The notes below the pieces were generated by a model. That model was given only the letters and a program-made list of their open reading frames with translations, was not told the DNA's origin and did not search any database. DNA of 64,000 nt from Bacillota bacterium. Lineage in GTDB: Bacteria; Bacillota; Bacilli; Paenibacillales; UBA4045. This document shows positions 48,139 to 55,680 of this stretch, in pieces. Numbering within the stretch: the stretch's first letter is position 1; each line of letters starts with the position of its first letter. The DNA is taken from contig JAEZQY010000067.1 of the NCBI GenBank assembly GCA_023441055.1, positions 150,246-214,245 on the forward strand, read 5' to 3'. The position numbers were made by a program, and so were the translations under genes.

Positions 48139-49518
48139 ATGTGGGTGGTGACTTTTTTGAAACCAAAGAAATATTTAGATCAATTAAAGAAAGTTAATAC
48201 ACTTCCTAACTTAGTCAAAGCTATTAAATCAATATTTGAAAACTTCGAAGATAACAATTATATTCCGGCAATTATAGAAGAGGGGAACTTCACCCTAGAG
48301 CAGGGAGAAGATTTGTACTTAAAATTAGTTTTAAAACATCAGTCAATAAAACTAGAAAAAACTTGGTTAAAGGATAACATGGCATTTGGACTAGAAGAGC
48401 CTACAGATTATAAGGATAACTTAAACAATAGTGCGTTTGCTCATAATGTTATTACCCAAAGAAAATACAAATCGCGTAATTTGTATCAACTTAATCCATT
48501 ATTGATTTCGGATGAGATCAATGAGTATGAATATTCCAATTCGAACTATGTAAATGCATATTTGAACGATGAGTATTCAAATTTAAAGGGTTTACCAGTA
48601 TTGAAATCAACAAATGATCTTAAATTAATGGTATTGAAAAAGGTTTTTAATAACTTTATTCATGATCCCGAAAGTAATATTTACCCGAAATTTGAGTTAG
48701 TAGCTGAATTTGAATATCGAACACATAATAATAGCATTAAACATATTAAACCAAATGATTATCAATCGCCGGACTCGTTACTAAGAGTTGATATAAATAA
48801 GAGTGCAGTATTAATTCTTGGTAGTATCATACTCCCACCTTTTGAAAGCAAAAAACAAGAAACTAAAAGAAATATTCAGGTACTTGATTTAAATGATCTA
48901 AAGCCGCGGTCACATAACTCAAGTCATTATAACGGCGATACTATTGAAGGGTTCGTTTGCTTTAAACCTGAAGTAATAAACATTCTTAAAGGCTATTACT
49001 ATTTTTATGATTTGCAAATGGTCGATAAAAATAATATTGAGAACACTTATTTAGTCGATGTGCTTGGTGACAAAGTTGTCTTTTGGGAAGCTGAGTATAA
49101 TAAGTTGCCCGATTTCATAAAGGATCAAATAGATACTTATAACTTTGTTCCTATAGATAAAAAGGGAGTAATAAGTCAGGCAATGTCTGCAATGCAACTT
49201 GAAGTAGATTGGAATTGGGATAAGAAACTAACTCCCGAATACATCCTAGCAAACTTAATTAGAGAGAGATCATTCAAAAGGGCAATAGATATGGGATTAA
49301 CATTTATTGAGCCTAAAACCGAAGCTGAGTTAAGGGACTTTATATTAAAAGTTGAATCTTTAACAAGTGTTAGGTTAGAGAGGTTTAATCCCAACTCTGT
49401 TGATGTAAAACAGTTAATTATTATTCGCGATGGTGATAATTTCGAGGAATCGACAAACGATTTAAAGATTCTCTATCAAAAGTATTGTTATGCAATACAG
49501 ATGGAGTATAAAAAATGA
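48139..49518 (+). CDS. Orphan 459-aa protein, no recognisable domain; partner of the downstream ATPase-Toprim gene
   Basis: Long intact ORF in very AT-rich DNA with N/K/E/Y-rich composition. Its stop overlaps the next ATG (ATGA at 49515-49518). The start could instead be the TTG at 48157, behind GGTGGTG. Confidence 0.75.
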   Translation: MWVVTFLKPKKYLDQLKKVNTLPNLVKAIKSIFENFEDNNYIPAIIEEGNFTLEQGEDLYLKLVLKHQSIKLEKTWLKDNMAFGLEEPTDYKDNLNNSAFAHNVITQRKYKSRNLYQLNPLLISDEINEYEYSNSNYVNAYLNDEYSNLKGLPVLKSTNDLKLMVLKKVFNNFIHDPESNIYPKFELVAEFEYRTHNNSIKHIKPNDYQSPDSLLRVDINKSAVLILGSIILPPFESKKQETKRNIQVLDLNDLKPRSHNSSHYNGDTIEGFVCFKPEVINILKGYYYFYDLQMVDKNNIENTYLVDVLGDKVVFWEAEYNKLPDFIKDQIDTYNFVPIDKKGVISQAMSAMQLEVDWNWDKKLTPEYILANLIRERSFKRAIDMGLTFIEPKTEAELRDFILKVESLTSVRLERFNPNSVDVKQLIIIRDGDNFEESTNDLKILYQKYCYAIQMEYKK

Positions 49519-50768
49519 CTTATATTAATGATTTTACAACACCTATAAAGTTTCTAGTTGGTATGAATGGTTCGGGTAAAAGTTATGCATTAAACGAAGC
49601 ATTAAAAGAACAAGAACGATGGGCTGTTCTAATTACAGAGGACGGAATGCCTATAATACCAAGACATATGAATCAGGTTTCAATAAATTTAGACAGCATG
49701 TCATATAATTATTTAGATGAGGGTTCCCGTGGTCAGTTAGGGAGAGGAACTGAGGAAGAAAATATATCAGAAAGAGCTCTAAGGGTCATATTATTCTGTA
49801 ACGAAATCACAAGAAAGTTGAACTTATTCAAAACAAAGTCTAAAGGGCAAGAAAAGCTTTACAACATGATGTCAATCTTCACAAGTTATAATTTGAATAA
49901 TGTTAGAGTAATTTATTTCGATGAACCGGAGAACTTCTTAGATGAAGAGTTTTTAAAGGTTATTGCAGAATTTTTTGATGTGCTGATTAATAGTGGATAT
50001 ATAGTAAGGGTCGCTACTCATAATTCTCGATTACTCAATATTTTAAAGGTTAACTTAGAGGATGTAATCTTCTTTCATACCCATTCACAGTTTCTTGTGT
50101 CGGAGGATGAAATAAAGGAACTGTTTCAAAACTCATCCTATCAAATAGAGCGCATTAGAGAACAGCAGAGAATTCAAACTGATGCTTCTATACAATACAA
50201 ACTAGATTTATTAAATCATGAGCAAGCTTTTTGTAGCTTTATTGAACAAAATTTAAAAGGTGAAGAGTTTTATAGGTGCTTATTTTATAAAAAGATTATT
50301 ATTGTTGAGGGGATTTCTGATATTGTTGCTTTGGCGTCTATGAAAAATGACTTTGATAGCTCAATTGAAATATATAATCCGAATGGAAAAGCATTCATCC
50401 CCTATTTTGTAGAATTATTTCTAAAACTAAGAAAAGAAGTTGTTGTTATTATTGATGGTGATCTTCCTGTTCAAGGAGAAGATACCCCTTTAAAGCATGC
50501 AGTCGCGGTCACTCATCTTCTGAAGGAATATGAGGCTAGAAATGAAATTAAGCTAGTAATACACACTCCCGATTTGGAAGGATTCTACAATATTGATCTT
50601 GAACATACTGGTGATTTATTAGGGATGTCCAACACAGTGAGAAGGAATAATAAGGGGTGGCTTAAATTCTTAGCCGCATTTATTTTTTTCAGCGAAGAAG
50701 TAAATAAAGAACGACTGAGGGGACATGTATTAGGAAGAGCAGATGAAAATCAATTCGAATTTCAGTAA
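49515..50768 (+). CDS. Compact OLD-family-like protein: ABC-type ATPase fused to a Toprim nuclease domain (417 aa)
   Basis: ATPase motifs: Walker A GMNGSGKS (aa 16-23), signature-like SKGQEKL (aa 108-114), Walker B VIYFDEPE (aa 132-139), H-loop ATHN (aa 167-170). Toprim motifs: Glu in IIIVEGISD (aa 261-269), DxD in VVVIIDGDLP (aa 309-318), TPDLEGF (aa 351-357). Confidence 0.8.
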   Translation: MTYINDFTTPIKFLVGMNGSGKSYALNEALKEQERWAVLITEDGMPIIPRHMNQVSINLDSMSYNYLDEGSRGQLGRGTEEENISERALRVILFCNEITRKLNLFKTKSKGQEKLYNMMSIFTSYNLNNVRVIYFDEPENFLDEEFLKVIAEFFDVLINSGYIVRVATHNSRLLNILKVNLEDVIFFHTHSQFLVSEDEIKELFQNSSYQIERIREQQRIQTDASIQYKLDLLNHEQAFCSFIEQNLKGEEFYRCLFYKKIIIVEGISDIVALASMKNDFDSSIEIYNPNGKAFIPYFVELFLKLRKEVVVIIDGDLPVQGEDTPLKHAVAVTHLLKEYEARNEIKLVIHTPDLEGFYNIDLEHTGDLLGMSNTVRRNNKGWLKFLAAFIFFSEEVNKERLRGHVLGRADENQFEFQ

Positions 50769-50840
50769 TGAGACCCTCGCGATAAATAGAATGGAGATGC
50801 GACTCTTTCGAATCGCCCTTCCTAATTTGAGAGCAAATGT

Positions 50841-50925
50841 CATTCCTTTGTTTCGAGTTGTACTCCCTGTCACCTCTTCACATGTGGAGTGTGTGGTAAG
50901 GATGTCACGGGTGGAGAAGTGAGTG
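50841..50925 (+). other. Displaced RumA/RlmD-type 3' coding tail (attR-side scar)
   Basis: The frame reads ...SSHVECVVRMSRVEK*. This matches the conserved RumA C-terminus pattern (E. coli RumA ends ...FPHTGHLESMVLFSRVK, from memory). The tail starts exactly at the GTGGAG core. Sequence left of the core is unrelated to rlmD. Confidence 0.55.
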
Positions 50926-51214
50926 TGAGAAAACCCAAGTAGACATCGTGTTTTTCGTTTTGGGGGTAAGAAAGCAGACAATTGATAATCGTGATTTTCC
51001 ACTTTGTGGGAACAGGTCCATAATGCTGATTTTGATGCGTGCAAAGCAGGATAGATATCAGTCGTTCATGACAGATTAGGTTGGATGTTAGGTTCTCATG
51101 AGTGAGCAGATTAGATATTTATTAATTTTACGAGTTTGGAAGAGCGAGTTAGATGTTCCTATAATTGCATATTAATTAACAATGTTTTATGATTGACTTC
51201 AAGGAGGGAAGGTC

Positions 51215-52681
51215 GTGAAATTAAATATAGACATTACGAATATAAAATCGATAACATCTTTGAAGTTGGAATTACCTATTAATAAAGGTCTTTATGCGAT
51301 CACGGGTGAAAATGCCACAGGGAAAAGCACCTTAACAATGTGTGCTGCATTGTTATTTTATCGCTTCGATGTGAATCAATACTTCGGGAGATTAACTAAT
51401 GATAGCAAAATAAATTTTGAGCTCAGTGAGCAACAACAGTCCATAACCTTTAATGATGGTTCTGTTAATAAGAGTGGCAACATTAATATTAAAGGTTTTT
51501 ATGAAGGAAGCTTAATTTTCGGAAATAGATTCCGGAATACAACATATACTGCGCTTGGTAAATTAGATAGAATTATTGACGATGATATTGAGCCTGCTGA
51601 TAACTTTATACGAGAAAATTTAGGCTTAATATTAAGAAATGATAAACACTATTATAAAGATCTTTTTAAGCTAAAGACTGGCTTACAAAACAAATATAAA
51701 CTTGGAGGAACTCCATTTTTCTATATGAGAAATGGACGAAGAATTAACCAAGCTCATATGTCCACTGGTGAAAACTTAATGTTGAGTATCCTCCATTCTC
51801 TGAAATTACGCATTGATGATCGAGGAGATATTAATATTCCATGTGTAATTTTTCTTGATGAAATTGAACTAGCATTACACTCATCCTCCCTTAGAAGGCT
51901 GGTCAAATTATTAAGCGAGATTGCCGCTCAATTTAATTTTGCTATATATTTTTCTACGCATTCAATTGAACTTATCAGAGATATAAAACCCGAAAGAATA
52001 TTTTATGTTCAGAAATACATTAATAATTCAATTGATGTATTAAATCCTTGCTATCCGGCTTTTGCGACCAAAAATTTATATGATGGTAATATGGGCTACG
52101 ACACTGTTATATTGGTTGAAGACGACTTAGCTCGTTCAATAATTCTGAACTTACTGAAAAACCATAATTTATTGAATAACAAACTGGTATCAGTATTGCC
52201 CTGTGGGGGATGGCAAAATGTACTCCGGATGTCTCAAGACATACTCCAAAGCAATCTATTGGGTGATAAATCTAAAATTGTTGTTATATTAGACGGGGAC
52301 GTACAAAATAGTGTACCTGCCTTTCTGGAGGCAAATAATATTTCTCGGAGCATAGTTTTAAACTTCTTGCCAATATCTAGTTTGGAGAAGTACTTAAAAA
52401 ATAATCTTTATGATAATGTTAATCAACAATTATCTCAAGAACTTGATAACTATGTTTTTCATAAAGTAGGTCTTCGCACCATTTTACAAACTTATAAAAA
52501 TAATGGTCCTTATAGAAAAGATGATGCAAACGGAAAAGAGTTGTTTGATGATTTAGAACACGAATTAATTTCAAATGGAAAGAATAGGGATGACCTAATA
52601 GAAATTATTATTCGCTATATTAGTAACAATGATTCTATTCGACTCGAAAAAATAGTCTCTTTTCTCAATTCAAAAATATAA
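51215..52681 (+). CDS. Stand-alone ABC-type ATPase fused to a DUF4435/Toprim-like domain (488 aa), OLD/PARIS-like architecture
   Basis: GTG start behind AAGGAGGG. ATPase motifs: Walker A GENATGKST (aa 31-39), signature MSTGENL (aa 182-188), Walker B VIFLDEIE (aa 211-218), H-loop STHS (aa 247-250). Toprim-like motifs: Glu in ILVEDD (aa 299-304), GGW (aa 331-333), DxD in VVILDGDV (aa 356-363), PISSLEKYL (aa 386-394). Confidence 0.8.
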   Translation: MKLNIDITNIKSITSLKLELPINKGLYAITGENATGKSTLTMCAALLFYRFDVNQYFGRLTNDSKINFELSEQQQSITFNDGSVNKSGNINIKGFYEGSLIFGNRFRNTTYTALGKLDRIIDDDIEPADNFIRENLGLILRNDKHYYKDLFKLKTGLQNKYKLGGTPFFYMRNGRRINQAHMSTGENLMLSILHSLKLRIDDRGDINIPCVIFLDEIELALHSSSLRRLVKLLSEIAAQFNFAIYFSTHSIELIRDIKPERIFYVQKYINNSIDVLNPCYPAFATKNLYDGNMGYDTVILVEDDLARSIILNLLKNHNLLNNKLVSVLPCGGWQNVLRMSQDILQSNLLGDKSKIVVILDGDVQNSVPAFLEANNISRSIVLNFLPISSLEKYLKNNLYDNVNQQLSQELDNYVFHKVGLRTILQTYKNNGPYRKDDANGKELFDDLEHELISNGKNRDDLIEIIIRYISNNDSIRLEKIVSFLNSKI

Positions 52682-52809
52682 ACCTATTAAATATCAAGAT
52701 ATCAAAAATGAGACGTTGCCCAACTACCATTTATTAATTGTCTGCATTATTTGAAAACGAACAAGACACCCTACACTCAAATCTCGTAGAGTGCTTTGCT
52801 CGTTTTTCG

Positions 52810-53049
52810 TTATCCTTCCACATCCACCGTCACGCCTGAGTTGAACTCCACCGCAAATTTGTCCGCAAAGACCGTGACCTTCACAATCAGCCGCCTGACC
52901 AGTTGCACGTTGTACTCGGTGATGGTGATGGGCTGCTCCCGTAGGAATGCGCTCATATCAGCGATTCGTTTGAGCAGCTCATCCCGGCCTACATTTTCCA
53001 CCATGACCTTCTGCTTTTTTGCTGATAATAATGCCATCGGAAATAGCAA
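52810..53049 (-). pseudogene. C-terminal fragment of a second large serine recombinase (DUF4368-like tail)
   Basis: ...ITEYNVQLVRRLIVKVTVFADKFAVEFNSGVTVDVEG matches the conserved tail of TndX/TnpX-type recombinases. No catalytic domain lies upstream. Its G+C content is higher than its surroundings. Confidence 0.55.
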
Positions 53050-53111
53050 AGAGGGGCGATAAACCTCTCTTTTTTCACGCTATCCTTAATGATTACCGTG
53101 ACATTTGACCC

Positions 53112-54518
53112 TTAATCAGCAATGTTTGACCAAGCTCTGCTTAACAATTGCACACCTAGTTCCATCTCTTGTATGCTGATCCCTCCAAAGCCTAAATAAA
53201 CCTTTGAAGTTCCAGTGGTTGAAGTAACTTCAGTATCTTGACTACCATAGACCAGGACACCATTATTTCGAGCTAAAGTGATTAATTGCTCCGTGTCATA
53301 ACGACTTTTAATCGATAATTCGATATGTAAACCGGTTTTGCTGCCTTCGACATGAACATAGTTTGGCATATATCTGTGCAACATTTGGACTAAAGCTTGA
53401 TGTTTATAACGATATACTTTTCTAATTCGCCTTAAATGGCGGTACCAATGACCACGAGCAATAAATAACTCCATAGCCCATTGATCTATCCGAGAGGGTG
53501 GGGATAACATGTGATCCAATGTAAGCAATTTCTCCAACAAAGGTATAGGTAATATCATATAGTTCATCCTTAAAGCAGGTGTAAATACCTTTGAGAACGT
53601 TCCGATATAAATAACAACACCGTTGTGGTCCAGGCTTTGGAGTGAAGGAATCGGCTTACCGTAAAGACGCAGTTCTCCATCATAATCATCTTCAATCAGA
53701 TAACCTTCATTCTGCTGTGCCCATTGAAGCACCCGTAGTCTAAGAGGGTATGGCAATGGATCCCCCGAGGGACGATGTGAAGGTGTTACATATAGGCTGC
53801 GAATATTACTATCTTCAAGTTCTTGATCCAATAAGTTGATATCATTCATTGCTATTGGAATGAGATTAAATTTGTTTTGTTTAAAGATTTTTCTGACTTG
53901 AGCAATCCCAGATTTCTCAATACCTATATTGTGATCCTCCAATAATCTGAAGAGTAATTGAATACTATACGAGATACCAGTTCCAATCAGAATCTGGTCG
54001 GGCGAGCAGACTACTCCTCTAGATTTCTGTAAGTATTCAGTTAAGCTTTCCCGTAATCCATACTCTCCACGAGGATCTCCATAATGATGGATATATTGAT
54101 TATGAAGTGATATAGCCTCTGAAACGATTGACTTCCAAGTACGGATAGGAAAGATTTCTCCATCCACAGCTAAGAGATTGAAGTCAATATAGTTTTTCTC
54201 GTATGATCCGGTTAATGCCTTAAAATTCTGATCCGATGCCTGATTCAATATGGACGATGGATCGGGAGGTTTTATAACTGTGGGATTAATGACAATTAAC
54301 CCCACTCTCTCTTTGCTGCGTACATAACCTTCTTCCAGTAACATATGATAAGCAGTCTCAACAGTAGTTTTACTGATACTTAATTGTTGCATCAATGAAC
54401 GTATTGACGGGAGTTTAGTTCCGTCTTTAATGACACCATTCTGGATAAGAGACCGAATATGTATATATAATTGCCTATATAACGGTTCACCACCAATAAA
54501 GGAGACTGCTAGTTCCAT
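53112..54518 (-). CDS. MocR/PdxR-type regulator (GntR wHTH fused to an aminotransferase-fold domain)
   Basis: N-terminal LPSIRSLMQQLSISKTTVETAYHMLLEEGYV and a C-terminal fold-type I domain with TFSK (PLP Lys). Confidence 0.9.
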   Translation of the reverse strand: MELAVSFIGGEPLYRQLYIHIRSLIQNGVIKDGTKLPSIRSLMQQLSISKTTVETAYHMLLEEGYVRSKERVGLIVINPTVIKPPDPSSILNQASDQNFKALTGSYEKNYIDFNLLAVDGEIFPIRTWKSIVSEAISLHNQYIHHYGDPRGEYGLRESLTEYLQKSRGVVCSPDQILIGTGISYSIQLLFRLLEDHNIGIEKSGIAQVRKIFKQNKFNLIPIAMNDINLLDQELEDSNIRSLYVTPSHRPSGDPLPYPLRLRVLQWAQQNEGYLIEDDYDGELRLYGKPIPSLQSLDHNGVVIYIGTFSKVFTPALRMNYMILPIPLLEKLLTLDHMLSPPSRIDQWAMELFIARGHWYRHLRRIRKVYRYKHQALVQMLHRYMPNYVHVEGSKTGLHIELSIKSRYDTEQLITLARNNGVLVYGSQDTEVTSTTGTSKVYLGFGGISIQEMELGVQLLSRAWSNIAD

Positions 54519-54633
54519 ATTCCTTCTCCCAACTGACCTCTAAAAATAATTCATAACTGATACTTATTATCGGGTCATTCTCAGTATAAACTTTGGTTAC
54601 GGTTTCAACAAATGATAACTGGGGTGACTGCTT

Positions 54634-55680
54634 ATGAAGATGGCTTTTATTTTTTTTGACAATATGACAATGCTGGACTTTGCAGGCTTTCATAATGCGA
54701 TTACATGGTTAAAAAAGCGGAATATACTTGAGGACTTATCTTGGGACTTTTGCGGAAATAAAGAAGAAGTAACAGATGATCGGGGAATGATCATCAGAAT
54801 GAATCGTGTTATGCCTAATTTAGGTGAATATGACTTACTATTTGTTCCTGGAGGTCAAGCGACGAGACAGCTCATTCACGACCAAGAATTCGTTCGTTGG
54901 ATTCAGACAGCACAAGATGTTAAATATAAGGTTTCGGTATGTACGGGAGCACTTATATTGGGTGCCGCGGGATTTACAAAGGATAAGATCATAACAACGA
55001 ATCCGCTTGCCTTGGCTGAATTAATACCTTACTGCAAAGAAGTGGTCAAAGTTCGAGCAATTCGTGATGGTGACTTATTTACTGGAGGCGGAATAACTGC
55101 TTCGGTCGATCTAGGTTTGTATTTTATCGAGACAATTACAGACCAAGAAACAGCTGTCGAAATTCAAAAGCTTATGGATTATCCATACTATAGACCTCAA
55201 TCCTTAGATCTGAAAGAGTCAGCAGATTCTATTGAAAGTCGATTGCATAATTTAGGTATAACATTGCCAGAGGCAAGCGATCCAGCGGCTAGATATGCAA
55301 ATTGTGTGCAAGTTAATAATCTATTATTTGTTTCAGGAAAAGGACCTTCAAAAAGTCCAAGTGGTAGACTTGGACAGGAGTTTAATGTATATGAAGGTTA
55401 TCAATTTGCCCGAGATGTTGGAATTGAAATATTATCTGTTATAAGATCTACTCTCGGGTCTCTCGAAAAAGTTAAAAGAGTTGTGAAAATTCAAGGGTTT
55501 GTTAATGCAGTCCCTGATTTTGAAGAACATCATAAAGTATTGAATGGATGCTCAGAATTAATGTTAGATGTGTTCGGTGCTAAGGGTGAACACGCTCGGT
55601 CAGTATTTGGCGCTGTATCGTTAAGGGATAACCTTCCAGTAATTATTGATTCCATCTTTGAAGTTGACACATTACGCTAA
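54634..55680 (+). CDS. Fusion protein: DJ-1/PfpI-family domain + RidA/YjgF-family domain
   Basis: The N-terminal half has the nucleophile elbow VSVCTGALILGAAG. The C-terminal half is RidA-like (VNNLLFVSGKGP ... VKIQGFVN ... RSVFGAVSL). Confidence 0.8.
   Translation: MKMAFIFFDNMTMLDFAGFHNAITWLKKRNILEDLSWDFCGNKEEVTDDRGMIIRMNRVMPNLGEYDLLFVPGGQATRQLIHDQEFVRWIQTAQDVKYKVSVCTGALILGAAGFTKDKIITTNPLALAELIPYCKEVVKVRAIRDGDLFTGGGITASVDLGLYFIETITDQETAVEIQKLMDYPYYRPQSLDLKESADSIESRLHNLGITLPEASDPAARYANCVQVNNLLFVSGKGPSKSPSGRLGQEFNVYEGYQFARDVGIEILSVIRSTLGSLEKVKRVVKIQGFVNAVPDFEEHHKVLNGCSELMLDVFGAKGEHARSVFGAVSLRDNLPVIIDSIFEVDTLR

Larger units (their letters stand above)
44404..50889. mobile_element. Decayed ~6.5-kb serine-recombinase integrative element inserted in the rlmD 3' end
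   Basis: Abrupt switch to AT-rich DNA at the GTAGAG core (44404-44409). A related core, GTGGAG, at 50884-50889 is followed by a RumA-type C-terminal coding tail. The recombinase gene abuts the left junction. Confidence 0.6.

Noticed and set aside
50730-51044. 104-aa minus-strand ORF between the two nuclease genes
   Set aside because: It overlaps the 3' end of the 417-aa gene and runs across the rlmD-tail scar, so its composition is mixed. It has no RBS, and its Cys/His/Ser/Thr-rich sequence has no motif.
48139-52681. Assignment of the ATPase-Toprim genes to canonical Gabija, a retron-OLD system, Septu or two-gene PARIS
   Set aside because: - No UvrD/PcrA-type helicase (GajB), reverse transcriptase/msr-msd, HNH partner (PtuB) or separate DUF4435 protein is encoded nearby.
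- The partner ORF has no helicase motifs.
- Only the generic OLD-like architecture is claimed.
52796-53062. 88-aa plus-strand ORF
   Set aside because: It is antisense to the much more convincing DUF4368-type recombinase tail. The S/T-rich translation is not credible.
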